From positions 65,038,001 through 65,102,000 of the forward strand of contig OZ320322.1 in the NCBI GenBank assembly GCA_976226885.1: a DNA stretch of 64,000 nucleotides. Direction: 5' to 3'. Below are positions 21,946 through 35,300 of the stretch, in pieces. This stretch comes from Iphione sp. A-MEVVRFRX5 (taxonomy: Eukaryota). Each line of letters opens with the position of its first letter. The first letter of the stretch is position 1. The notes under the pieces are model-generated. The model did not search any database and was not told the DNA's origin. It saw nothing but the letters and a program-made list of their open reading frames with translations. Position numbers and translations under genes: made by a program.

Positions 21946-23319
21946 GCGATTAACGTTGATGCTATGTTAACATTGAGTGACTTACAGAGATGGCTTGAGT
22001 ATTATACTCAATATGTATTATGTTCAATACTTGATGTATTTCTGTTTGCTTGAAAGCCAAATTGTTAAGGAATTTGTTATAAATGAGAGAAAAGTTGAGT
22101 GTACACATGTTTTCCAAGAGTTTTGGACGAAACAGGCTTGCGTGAGATTGGTTTATAGTTGGACATGTTATTTGTCGATCCTGCCTTTATAAAGTGGGAT
22201 TACTTTGGCAATTTGGAGCTTATAGGCAAATCACCTGTATTTATAGAGATTAATAAAATGAAGAAGAGGGTTGATGATGACTCTATAAAAGCAACGATGG
22301 TGCTGTGGAGCTGGTGACATGACAATGTACTGTATGAGAGTATAGATGGTACTGCTTTAAATTTAGGATTTCTCGCACGCTTGAAACCAGTAGTAAACAG
22401 AAACTGCCATTAGTGCACATGCTCGAGCCATATTTTATTAGGTTAAACATGCACACAAGGATCATCTACCATGATGCTTCCTTAGTAAACATGCCCTGTG
22501 TGAAAGACGAATAATTGACCACAAATTGATTGGAAATAGGCATGTTTCATTCAAAAATATGTAGAACAGGGCAGGGAATAAAAATAAGACCACTCTTTAG
22601 TGGTGGTTGACACATTGTGTGGACCTCTTGCATTATGTGAAAACTCATGCCGATGCGTAAACCAGGCTTACTGCATGGGGGTGTAGATGGTGCTGCAGGG
22701 ACCATGACAAAATGGTGTACTGTATGAGAGTATAGACTGTGCTGCGGGGACTGTGACATGAAAGTGTACTGTATACGAGTGTAGATGGTGCTGCAGACAG
22801 AGTGACATGATGGTGTACTGTATGGGAGTGTAGATGGTGCGTGGAGATTGTGATATGACAGTGTACTGTTTAGCAGTATAGATGGTGCTGTTGAGAGAGT
22901 GACATGATGGTGTACGGTACACAGACTAGAATAAAGAATGGCCTGGTGGAGCGCGCCATCAGTTGAAGTTGTTTCTGCTGGGTCATTATTGACTTTTTCT
23001 TCACACTATTGTTCTTTACAGCTCCCTTTACAATGATATATATGAGAATTTAAAAAAAAGAATATTTCATCTCTATCTGACTGTAAATAAAAGAGAGTGA
23101 AACAAAGAAAGTTCACTCCTGCATTACATGTATTTTACTCTCTAATAAAGTAATGAATGCAGGAGCCCAGCTTAACCAGCCGTGGACACCGACTTCAGTG
23201 GCCATTCATTGGATGTTTAAATTCAAATCACTCATAACATGATCAACAGAAAAGCACAATTAATACTTGATTAATACCATATAGCATTTAAAGATACGAT
23301 GGTTATGAAAGGAAGACTC

Positions 23320-23685
23320 CTCTCCAGCTGCAGCCCAGGGTTCGGGCTCCTTCCCCGGACACAACCTCAACCCTGGGTTCGGGGTTCCTCCCCAGACACA
23401 GCCTCAACCCTGGGTTCAGGGTTCCTCCCCAGACACAGCCTCAGCCCGGGGTTCAGGGTTCCTCCCCAGACACAGCCTCAACCCTGGGTTCAGGGTTCCT
23501 CCCCAGACACAGCCTCAGCCCGGGGTTCAGGGTTCCTCCCCAGACAGCCTCAGCCCGGGGTTCAGGGTTCCTCCCCAGACACAGCCTCAACCCTGGGTTC
23601 AGGGTTCCTCCCCAGACACAGCCTCAGCCCGGGGTTCAGGGTTCCTCCCCAGACACAGCCTCAGCCCGGGGTTCGGGGCTCCTGT
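23320..23685. repeat. ~37-bp minisatellite
   Basis: Unit gggttcagggttcctccccagacacagcctca(g/a)ccc. Confidence 0.95.
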
Positions 23686-24847
23686 GCCTTTAACTGGTCT
23701 GCAAGACATCCAGCAGACTCAAGCAAGGTCATCACTCAACATGCATGCAACCAAGGACAGGAATTGGGAAGACAAGTATTAAGAACTGAATTGTAAATAA
23801 AAAAAATGACAAACAGTGGGAGTTTACCTGACCTAAAGCCCCCCCACCCCCACCCCGACACACATACATACACACATCACACAGGTAGAGTCATGGCAGA
23901 GCCGCAACGTGTTCACACACCATATACATGTACTTGTATATTAAAATGCATTAATTTGACCTTTTAATTACTTGAAATCAAGTAGAAGTACATCAGTGCC
24001 ACACATGCATGTAGATGATCATCATATGAAAACTATAAGCTCATTTGACTCAAGGATATTGAAATATAAGACCCACCAGGTTGTGATGGAAGGTCCAATG
24101 GTCAGACACACGGGGTGTCACCTATTCTGGTGAAGCGTTATCGCTCGTTTAATTCAATGCAAAACGTTATTTGCCCGTACAATTAAGCGTGAAGCGTTAT
24201 GAAGCATTTACTGGTGAAGCACTACCAATGAATTCATTTTTGGTGAAGCCTATCAGCTATCTTCTAAAGCATTATGATGTTTTTGAATTGTTGGTGAAAC
24301 GTTATTGGGTACCCCCCTGACCCCCCCCCCCTGTTCAGACAGCAGTATTCCTAAGTATCCCCCCCCCCCATGTCATGGGGGTGGGGGAGGGGAGGTACCG
24401 GTTTTGTTAATTTACAGGTAACAAACCCTTTTATCCCTTAGAACTTCCAGAAGTTGTAGTGGTTCCTTCCCAGTCAAACCCTTTTATCGTATGTCCTGCA
24501 GTATCCTGGCATCTCTATAAGACAAGTCACTGAGTAAGTCGTACTTTGTTAGGAAGCAGGTGCTTATCTTCATTATATGTATACATCAGCCTGTATGCGA
24601 TCTTAATATCATATAAAGCGTGGACTGACCTACGTCATATTATATGCAGGATGGTCCATTTAGCCTATGTTATCAGTGCCCCTTCTGATGGGCTGAGTTT
24701 GACCTCGTCGTCATAACAAGGAGGATCGAATTTAACGAGGACAGGCCGAGAGATACAGAGAGAAGGTGAGACAGAGAGAGAGACAGAGACAGAGAGAGCG
24801 AGAGACAGAGAGGGAGTAAACAAGACTAATGCACTTGAAAACCTTTA

Positions 24848-26035
24848 GTGCCGATAGTTTAGTTGTGATGCTTAGGCAGGATTGAAATGTGAGGACATGG
24901 CAGCGATAGCACAGTATAGGAGACAGAGGCGACACTGAAATGTGAGGACATGGCGGTAGTAGTGTATTATAGGAGTAACAGGTGACATGTAAATGTGAGG
25001 ACATGGCAGCAGTAGTGTAGCATAGGAGTAACGGGTGACATGTAAATGTGAGGACATGGCAGCGGTAACGCAGTATAGGAATAACAGACACAACATTGAT
25101 TTGTATGAGTTTTATTTATTATTATCATTAATTGTTCATTGATACAATGTTGTATGATGGGAGTGTGATGATAACTGATTATTCGTGTTCATGACACAGG
25201 TATGACGTCATTGACGACATCGTGGACAGAACCAGTCGGACTCCAGCAGAACCCAGCTTCTCTGTCACTAATTAAGGAGTCTTTAAATTATTGCACGTTG
25301 AAATGTTAATGATAAATGATGCATACTGATGAAAGCTGAAGTAAAGGGGGGTAATAGGAGGAGCAGAGAAACTAGAGACAGAGACTGTCACAGATCAGCG
25401 ACTAGAGTGCATGAGCTGTAACCATGGCAACAAGCAGTGTGTGCCGATAGTTTAGTTGTGATGCTTAGGCAGGATTGAAATGTGAGGACATGGCAGCGAT
25501 AGCACAGTATAGGAGACAGAGGCGACACTGAAATGTGAGGACATGGCGGTAGTAGTGTATTATAGGAGTAACAGGTGACATGTAAATGTGAGGACATGGC
25601 AGCAGTAGTGTAGCATAGGAGTAACGGGTGACATGTAAATGTGAGGACATGGCAGCGGTAACGCAGTATAGGAATAACAGACACAACATTGATTTGTATG
25701 AGTTTTATTTATTATTATCATTAATTGTTCATTGATACAATGTTGTATGATGGGAGTGTGATGATAACTGATTATTCGTGTTCATGACACAGGTATGACG
25801 TCATTGACGACATCGTGGACAGAACCAGTCGGACTCCAGCAGAACCCAGCTTCTCTGTCACTAATTAAGGAGTCTTTAAATTATTGCACGTTGAAATGTT
25901 AATGATAAATGATGCATACTGATGAAAGCTGAAGTAAAGGGGGGTAATAGGAGGAGCAGAGAAACTAGAGACAGAGACTGTCACAGATCAGCGACTAGAG
26001 TGCATGAGCTGTAACCATGGCAACAAGCAGTGTGT
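24848..26035. repeat. Near-identical 593-bp tandem duplication
   Basis: Copies 24848-25440 and 25441-26035; identical ORF translations offset by 593. Confidence 0.95.
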
Positions 26036-26199
26036 GACACCAGAGGGAGAGAGAGGGGGGAGGGGGCCGCGATGTGAACACACACCTTAAATTCATGGTT
26101 TAATGTAGCCTATAATACAGCTGCTAATGTCACGGCAAGGTTGGCCCCTTGGGGGCGCTAGTAGTGCTACACTGTGGAATCCTCCCGGAACTAAGCACA

Positions 26200-26640
26200 C
26201 AGAACATCAGGTCATATATATGCCTCACAGTGGTACACAGACGTACCCGAGGCACACACTGCCGCCTGACACAGCCTCGGCGTGCCCTACACAGGTACAT
26301 TAACATCTCATACTCAAGGAAAACAAGATTTACTTGGGCTTCCCCGTGGTCTGGTACCCATGCCTCAGATGTACCAGAGACCCAAGCTGCTGCCACCTGA
26401 CACAGCAGCCGCGTGTCCTACACAGGTACAATAACATCTTGTACTCAAGGAAAACAAGATTTACTTGGGCCTCCCTGTGGTCTGGTACCCACGCCTCATA
26501 TGTACGAGAGACACGAGCTGATGCCACCTGACACAGCAGCCGCGTGTCCTACACAGGTACATGTACATCTCATACCCAAGGAAAACAAGATCTACTCAGG
26601 CTTCCTCGTGGTCTGGTACCGGTGCCTATGAATGTAGCCA
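26200..26640. repeat. ~130-bp tandem repeat, ~3 copies
   Basis: Recurrent ctacacaggtaca...tactcaaggaaaacaagatttacttggg. Confidence 0.85.
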
Positions 26641-27349
26641 GCATCCTACTGTGCTGGTGCGGTTACCACCACCGCCGCTGCGCTGCTAGGGTTTTGTTAT
26701 ACGTGTAATATCACACTAAAGAAGTAGAGCCAGCAGCAGCAGCACGCCATGTATTCCTGCCTCGTCACAGATATGGTAAGTCACTATGGTAAGGGTCGCT
26801 GCAGCCAGATCACTATGGAAACACCACAGATACTGAAGCCTAGTCATTATGAGGCTGTCACAGCTGCTGCAACAGCAAACATTCTATGGTATTGTAACAA
26901 TTACTGCAGCCAAGTTACTAGGGGAGGAACATAGTTTCTGTAGCCAAGTCGCTATTGTATCGTCACTGTTACTGTAGCCAAATCACTATCATACTGTTAC
27001 AAATACTGCAGCCAAGTTGCTGGGGTATTGTCACAGTTACTGTAACCAAGTTACCACTGTCACGTCACCGTTATTGTGCGTACCCCGAAACCAGCATAGC
27101 CAATAAAACCATGTCTGCCTTGACTGTCACGTGGGTAATGCACACAGAGACTGTGCTTCTTTACAAGTTACCTCTAGACATGCTCTTCAGGACTTGGGCC
27201 TTAACATCGACAAGATGGCGAAGGTCAGTGAGAGTTCACAGCCAACACCAAACACCCCCGCCTTTATCACCAAATAGATTTGCCAGGGCAGAGTACACTT
27301 TGAAGTGATGAATTCCTGTCAAGAACGAAGTAACAGTGATAAATGAGGT

Positions 27350-27830
27350 GAGCCGCCACTACTGCTCCTGTAGCCGCAGAAGTCTGGCCCGGGCACCACT
27401 ACTGCTCCTGTAGCCTGTAAAGTCTCACGTGGGCACCACTACTGCTCCTGTAGCCTGTAAAGTCTCACGTGGGCACCACTACTGCTCTTGTAGCCGCAGA
27501 AGTCTGGCCCGGGCACCACTACTGCTCCTGTAGCCGCAGAAGTCTGGCCCGGGCACCACTACTGCTCCTGTAGCCTGTAAAGTCTCACGTGGGCACCACT
27601 ACTGCTCTTGTAGCCGCAGAAGTCTGGCCCGGGCACCACTACTGCTCTTGTAGCCGCAGAAGTCTGGCCCAGGCACCACTAATGCTCCTGTAGCCTGTAA
27701 AGTCTTGCCTGGGCACCTCTACTGCTACTGTAGCCGCAGAAGTCTGGCCCAGCTGCCACTACTGCTCCTGTAGTTGCAGACATCACGGAAGGACCACCAC
27801 CGCTATTGCTTCCGAAGCTGTAAAAGGCTG
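27350..27830. repeat. 40-bp minisatellite
   Basis: gggcaccactactgctcctgtagcc + (gcagaagtctggccc / tgtaaagtctcacgt). Confidence 0.95.
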
Positions 27831-28369
27831 GGCCATCTGCTCCTGTTACTCAGAACCTGTGTATAGTCCTCACGTTTGTGACATAAGCTTATGGTATCCC
27901 AGGAGTGTCAGTTTCAGAGAACAGGGCACCTTCGGCTTCCCACGGGCAACCGAGAACCGAAGCAGTAGCTAATGGCAAAGGCAGTGACCACAACCAGAGG
28001 CAGGATGCGGCCAGCAGCAGCAGCAGCAGCAGGAGTCCCGCACGCCAACGTAAGAGTGAAAGCATTGTGGTAGAATAACTGACATGTTGACTAGCTCTTG
28101 GACCCACACACCCACACAACGAACACCCAGACACAAAGCAAGCCCGACTACAACACATATACAGGATAATATCAGAGTCACAGGTGGCAGTGTGCTGGCA
28201 AATGAGCCGGTACATGCCTAAGGAGAGCTCCTTGTGGTAATGGCTGCTACAGCACAACGGTCCCCAGTTAAGTCATGGTTTGAAGGCAGGACTAACTGTC
28301 CTGATGAGGGCAGTACATGGGTAGGTGATGACGGGAATACTCATGTTCAAGAGGCGTCAACAGTCCTGT

Positions 28370-28965
28370 TCGGGGGTCACAGACAGTTCAGGGTCCTGGG
28401 GTAAGGCATGGTGGGGTGGGTGGGGGAGAAGGGGTATGTGACGACGTAGTTGGTGACAGTCCTGGTCGGGAGTCACAGACAGTTCAGGGTCCTGGGATAA
28501 GGCATGGTGGGGTGGGTGGGGGAGAAGGGGTATGTGATGACGTAGTTGGTGACAGTCCTGGTCGGGAGTCACAGACAGTTCAGGGTCCTGGGGTAAGGCA
28601 TGGTGGGGTGGGTGGGGGAGAAGGGGTATGTGATGACGTAGTTGGTAACAGTCCTGTTCGGGGGTCACAGACAGTTCAGGGTCCTGGGGTAAGGCATGGT
28701 GGGGTGGGTGGGGGAGAAGGGGTATGTGACGACGTAGTTGGTAACAGTCCTGTTCGGGGGTCACAGACAGTTCAGGGTCCTGGGGTAAGGCATGGTGGGG
28801 TGGGTGGGGGAGAAGGGGTATGTGATGACGTAGTTGGTAACAGTCCTGTTCGGGGGTCACAGACAGTTCAGGGTCCTGGGGTAAGGCATGGTGGGGTGGG
28901 TGGGGGAGAAGGGGTATGTGACGACGTAGTTGGTGACAGTCCTGGTCGGGAGTCACAGACAGTGC
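28370..28965. repeat. 96-bp tandem repeat, 6 copies
   Basis: Period 96; the unit has a stop-free frame on both strands. Confidence 0.95.
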
Positions 28966-29199
28966 AGGGTAGCTTGGTACATGCAGATAGTCCTGGTGGG
29001 TGGGGGGGGGGTGGTGTTGCCCTGAGTTAGGTCCATGGCTGACATGCAGGGCTGAGACCACTCATCATACTCGCCTTACATGATCTACATGCGGACTGAC
29101 CAACTGTCAATGTTATTTACAATGCATGTATTCCTATCGGAGGCACCAATGACACTAACTCCCTACACCACACTGAGCGGCATTAGCAGCCCATGAAAG

Positions 29200-29800
29200 T
29201 ATCTGACATGACCACTACTCCTCCCAGGACTTGCCCAACCCATGTCCCAAGGGGGCATACCCTGCCTCTATAGACACCTTCACTAACCCACCTTCCAGGA
29301 CTCGCCTGACCCACGTCCCAGCAGGGCACAACCACCTTCTGTAAGCACCCCCACTAACCCACCTCCTTGGACTCGCATGACCCACACCCACTGTAGACAC
29401 CCCCACTAACCCACCTCCCAGGACTTGCCCGACCCACCACTCAGCAGGGCACAACCACCTACTGTAAGCACCCCCCACATGACCCACCACTTAGCAGGAC
29501 ACACACACCCACTGTAGACACCCCCACTAACCCACCTCCCAGGACTTGCCCGACCCACCACTCAGCAGGACACACGCACCCACTATAGACACCTCCACTA
29601 ACCCGCCTTCCAGGACTCGCCCAACCCACATCTGTGCCCACCCACTGTAAGCACCCCCACTAACCCACCTCCCAGGACTCGCTTCACCCACCACTCGGCA
29701 GGCCACAACAACCAACTGTCAGCACCCCCACTAATCCACCTCCCAGGACTCGCCCATCCGTATCCCAGCAGGGCATACCCACCTCGTAGAGGCACCTCTA
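29200..29800. repeat. C-rich tandem repeat
   Basis: Recurrent cccccactaacccacctcccaggact(t/c)gc. Confidence 0.85.
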
Positions 29801-30334
29801 GTACAACTACCAGGTCTCGCTCCGTCTGCATACCCAGCCACCATGAGGAGTTGTAGTGCTACAGCATACAGCAAGCTCCCCTCGCCCACCACCAGTACAT
29901 GGACGCCCAATCTCATACCATTTAAGCACTTTTCCTATTTGCTCAATTTTTCCCTTTCACACAAGCCATTCACAGTCGCTCAAAAGAACGTAACAGTTTA
30001 AAACTACAGCAGATAAAACGGTCCACTTAAAGAGCCCTCGTCGTTGCCGCAGCAGCTGGCGGCAAGCTGCACCCTGTGCACCAAGTGGCCCTCTAGAGGA
30101 CCTGTCACTTCAGCTTAGTCTGTGTGCATGTGTGTAGGTGCGCATGTATGTGTGGCTCACATCCGTCCGCACCCGCAGTCAGGCCTGCTGCTGCTTGAAC
30201 TGGCCGCCGCTTGGCGGCAGCACCGCTCAGCTGAACCAAGCCTGACTGTTGTGCGCCCAGTGGTCCATCTGGCGTGACCCGGCAATAACGGTGACGTCAT
30301 AGAAACGTGTGCAGCGGTACCTCCCCGGCCCCTA

Positions 30335-31785
30335 TCAGCAGGGGTAGTCGGCCGGGGGGGCGGCGCGTCCCCCCGTATCCCGCCGGCCACCTCCCCCGAA
30401 CTGTGCCAGGGAGATGGGGGCCGCCTGTCGCGCACCACCACGAGGTGGCGCCACCTCGCCGACGTCACGTGACAGTAGTCGCTCTTCCGGACCGGACGCG
30501 TGTCGCGCTCTGCCGCTACAGTCAGTCTCCCGCCCTGCCGTACTGCCGGTGAGAGGCAGCGTCTCGTCGGGCTCGTCCTGGTCCCCGCCCCCCACCGCGT
30601 TCCTCAGGCAGGGCACCGACTGGGGCGCCTTCTTGTAGTTGTGTCCATTGACTGACAGCGAGCAGGGCCTGCGCACGCGCGCCTCCTCCTCCCACGCCTC
30701 GCGAGCAGCGCCTCCTGTCGGGCTGAGGTCAATGCTACTTTGTGCCCGCAGTCGCACGGTCTGCGGCTGGCGACCCCCGGCGGCGGGCAGCCGGCTGGGG
30801 GGCTGCAGCTTGGCCACCCCGACCTCCGCCAGCTGCAGGGCCTCCTCCTCCTGCTCCGCCGCCGCCGCCGCCTGCTCGCCCTGCCGCCTGGCGGCCGGGG
30901 AGTGCAGCATGTTGGCCTCACTGTCCTCGCGGTACTTGAGCAGCGTCTCCTCGCCGGAACCGCTGGACTCCATCGACAGGTCGGTGGAGTGGCGCCGCGG
31001 CGGCGCCGGAAGCGGGCCCCCGCCGCGCGCGTCCTTGCGACCAGCACTGAGCGGAAGTGACATGGGCCTGACGACGGGCGCGCCGTTCATGAGGCGGACC
31101 TCGGTGAGCACGTGACCCCGCGGCCCCAGGTTCGACTTGCCCGGGTTCGTCTCCACCATCTCCTGGTACAGCGTCCCGGCACCGCCTCCCGCCGCCTGCA
31201 TGGACGACGGCGGTTTAGCACCGGATGCCGCCATTTGCGCCGGGTTGCGCAGGTTCTCGGTGGGGTAGTAGTTGGAGCCGTCGTCGCTGCTACTCTCATG
31301 CCCGCCTCCGCCGCCTCCGCCGGCTGCTCCACGAAGGAGGTTCTTCCCTAGCATGTACAGGCCGCTCATCTTCCCACTCAGCTTGTCCGTCCGCGGTTTC
31401 TTAAACCGGAAGCGGTTTTTGGGCTTGTGGGAATAAGTGGTGTGTGTGGGGGGCTGGGGCGGTGGGAAGACGCGGTGGTGTTGGGGGTAGGCCGAGCCGT
31501 TCCCAGGCACGTTGGGTTGCTTGGGTCGGGTAACGTACGGCTCAACCATCATCACTGGCGGCGGCTGCGGCTGCTGCGGCTGAGCCGTGCTGGGTGCGGC
31601 CGTCGCTGTGCCCGCCGCCGCCGCCGCCGGCCCTGCACTAGCCGCTGTGGCGCCCCCTGCCGCCGAGGACGGGTACTGCTGCTGGCCGAGCAGGTCGTTC
31701 TGGACTAGCGAGCTCTCCAGGTTGTCGGCGATGGCCTCGAAGAACTCCTCAGTGAAGTGGTTTCCACCCGTCGCTCCTCCTCCTC

Positions 31786-31816
<31 letters not shown>

Positions 31817-32355
31817 CGCTCGCTCGCCCTGCTGCGCCTGCACCTCCTCCGCCACCGACTGGTCGACCAGCGTGTTGCCCAGCACAACCAGCTTGTCGTC
31901 GCTGCGTTTGTGCGTGTTGCGCTCGACGGTGGGGTTCTGGCCCTGGTGTGGCTGCAGGGGCTGGTGGGGGCGGGCATACAAGTTACTCGCCTTCCCGACC
32001 GGAAGTACAGGTGGCGCCGCCCCTGAGGACGGCGGCAAAGCGTCCAGGCTGGACGGCGGAAGTGGGTCTGACGGGGACGTGGTCAGCGTTGTCTCCACTG
32101 TTGAACCGGAAGCGCTGTTCTCTAGCCGGTTACTCTGCAGCCTAACGCCTGGAGGAAGGTCGAGGCCACTGAGCGCAGGTCCGCCACCACCTCCTCCCCC
32201 TCCTCCGGCCTGGACACAGGCTGGGGTGAGGTGGTGGTCAGGCTCGTCTGTGAGATGATGACCGGCGGCAGTGGTTGCATCTGATGTCTGGTTGCGCAGG
32301 ATCTGGTCGGGCATGTTACCCAGCAACGTGACAGGATTAGTCGGAGTAACTCCCA
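30335..32355 (-). CDS. BMPR2: BMPR2 exon 9: long low-complexity cytoplasmic tail
   Basis: ctttccAG acceptor; RNK|VGVTPTNP resembles the human ERNKSVSPTVNP junction; RPMSLPL and RPCSLS motifs. Confidence 0.85.
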
Positions 32356-35300
32356 CTGGAAAGAAACAACAACACTGAGGATTACATGGGCATGTTACCC
32401 AGCGACGTGACAGGATTAGTCGGAGTAACTCCCACTGGAAAGAAACAACCACACTGAGGATTACACAGGATCTGGTCAGGCATGTTACCAAGCAACGTGA
32501 CAGGATTAGTCGGAGTAACTCCCACTGGAAAGAAACAACCACACTGAGGATTACATGGGCATGTTACCCAGCGATGTGACAGGATTAGTCGGAGTAACTC
32601 CCACTGGAAAGAAACAACCAGACTGAGGATGATACAGGATCTGGTCGGGCACTTGCAAGGAGAGACACTGCAGACAGGCGAGCAGTTTCGCATGATCTAA
32701 AACTTCCTGGACGAGACAGTGAAGCATCATCCGAGAGTTTCAGGGGAAGACAAGGACGGTAATTATGTGATAACACTGGCGGGAATATGACAACTCTCTG
32801 TTCTATCGTTAAAACTTAATGGAGTAACCTGGAATAACTACGCATCCATCTCTGTCCTTCACACCTCTCACTTCAGGCGCTGGCCAGAGACTGAGGGGGC
32901 GGGGAGCACAATGTTACTTCGCAAACCCTGTCACTGACACACCGACAAGGAAAGCTGCTGCAAGTGTATCTGTGCAAGCTGTGTGTGCAGCTGTGAGTGT
33001 ATGTTTCTGTGTGATCTGTGTGTGCAGCTGTGAGTGTATGTGTGAGTATATGTATCTGTGTTTGCAGCTGAGTGTGTATGTATCTGCATGACCTGTATGT
33101 GCTGCTGCGACTGTATCTGTGTGAACCGTGTGTGGAACTGTGAGTGTATGTTTCTGTGTGATCTGTGTGTGGAGCTGTGAGTATATGTATCTGTGTTTGC
33201 AGCTGAGTGTGTATGTATCTGCATGACCTGTATGTGCTGCTGCGACTGTATCTGTGTGAGCCGTGTGTGGAACTGTGACTGTATGTTTCTGTGTGACCTG
33301 TGTGCGGAGCTGTGAGTATATGTATCTGTGTTTGCAGCTGAGTGTGTATGTATCTGCATGACCTGTATGTGCTGCTGCGACTGTATCTGTGTGAGCCGTG
33401 TGTGGAACTGTGAGTGTATGTTTCTGTGTGACCTGTGTGCGGAGCTGTGAGTATATGTATCTGTGTTTGCAGCTGAGTGTGTATGTATCTGCATGACCTG
33501 TATGTGCTACTGCGACTGTATCTGTGTGAGCTGTGTATGGAGCTGTGAGTGTATGTATCTGTGTGTGGAGCTGTGAGTGTATGTATCTGTGTTTGCAGCT
33601 GAGTGTGTATGTATCTGCATGACCTGTATGTGCTGCTGCGACTGTATCTGTGTGAGCCCTGTGTGGAACTGTGAGTGTATGTTTCTGTGTGAGCAGTGTG
33701 TGGAGCTGTGAGTGTATGTATCTGTGTGTTCAGCTGTGAGTGTATGTATCTCCGTGAGCTGTGTGTGAAGCTGTAAGTGTGTATATCTGTGGGAGCTGCG
33801 TAAACCTACCTTTGTTCCGTGTCTCCCAGAGGGCGCCCATCTCCAGGATGCGCTCCTCCACACAGAGTGATGTCAGACGCGCCTCGGCATCCTGATCCCA
33901 GCTATCTTCTATTGTCTCCTTCAAAGCGCGGATTGCCTGGAACACAAGCCCCAACAAGAGTTAGTACTCCACATGACACTCTGTACACAAGAACATTTCT
34001 ATGCACACTTTACTCACATTAGAATGTTCGCACACACACCTTACATCCATAAGAATGTTCACACGCACACCTTACATACATAAGAATGTTCATATGTACA
34101 CCTTACTTAGGAAAAAAAAAAAATCGGTGCGTTTCTGGTAACCCACCCCTACCTAGTAAAACCTCACCCTACCTAAAAAATGTTGGCCCCAAAGAGTTTC
34201 CAAGGCTGAATTTCCTTAGATACATCTTTTCACAGCACATCTTTTTGGTAAATTCAGTAGAAAAACAACTCAGTCTATGGATATTCAGTAAAGAACTGTA
34301 AAACTCATTCAAATTGGTTAAATTCTTTAAATTATCCTTATTATTATTGAAAACCAGAGGAAGAAAGTTGAAAAAAAATTTAAAAAAAAAAAGATTACCC
34401 CCTCCCTGCCTAGATTTTTTGCTGCTGTTACCAGAAATATACCTATTTTTTTTTGGGGGGGGGGAAGGGGGGCTTGCATAAGAATGTTCATATGCACACC
34501 GTACATATATAAGAATGTTCACACACACACACACACACACATTACTTACATAAGAACGTTCAGATGCACACCTTATGTGCATACCTGTAGAAGATACTTT
34601 TACACATACAGGGGACTCTCCCTAATTGGATCTGAGAGTGGTCGCATTTAGTCACCATACAGATCGATTACCGCTCCAACCGGACGTGGAAGAATGAATT
34701 ATAGATACGAGGATGAGATATAGTGGACGAGCCCCCCCCCCCGTCTCCATCAGCCTGGTAGCAGACAGGCTGAGCGTACTAAGACTTGAGATTATCCCCT
34801 CCCACCCACCACCCACATCCCACCCCCAGCCCCTACCCTCAGCGTGGTGGTAAGCGGGCTGAGTGGGCGAACATGGCGATGGCTTGGTGGTGGGACGGAT
34901 GGTGGTGTAGGGACAATCTTACTTGATTTGTGGTGGGATGGTGGTGAGGTGGTGGCAGGGTGGTGAGACAGTGGCGAGGTGGTGGGGGACGGTGGTGAGG
35001 TGGGGGGGCGGTGGCGAGGTGGGGGGGGGACGGTGGCAAGGTGGTGGGGGACGGTGGCGAGGTGGTGGGGGACGGTGGTGAGGTGGGGGGCAGTGGCGAG
35101 GTGGGGGGGGGGATGGTGGTGAGGTGGTAGGGGACGGTGGTGAGGTGGTGGGGGACAGTGGTGAGGTGGTGGGGGACGGTGGCGAGGTGGTGGGGGACGG
35201 TGGTGAGGTGGTAGGGGATGGTGGTGAGGTGGTGGGGGACGGTGGCGAGGTGGTGGGGGACGGTGGTGAGGTGGTGGGGGATGGTGGCGAGGTGGTGGGG

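Larger units (their letters stand above)
20085..22920. repeat. Minisatellite (atagatggtgctgcggggactgtgacatgatggtgtactgtatgggagt), split by later insertions
   Basis: Blocks at ~20085-20315, 21091-21295, 22285-22345 and 22675-22920. Confidence 0.85.

Noticed and set aside
27887-28257. Leu-rich signal-like peptide (- strand) or Ser-rich terminal exon (+ strand)
   Set aside because: Driven by a (CAG)n microsatellite; no convincing start or splice chain on either strand.
28357-29061. 234-aa His/Pro-rich and 204-aa Gly/Val-rich ORFs on opposite strands
   Set aside because: A 96-bp unit (multiple of 3, stop-free frames) produces both; no unique coding context or synonymous bias is evident.
30414-32258. 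Multiple + strand ORFs over the BMPR2 last exon
   Set aside because: Antisense shadows of GC-rich coding sequence.
34105-34460. Possible small MITE (ttctggtaac inverted motif)
   Set aside because: Termini are too degenerate and no TSD could be defined.
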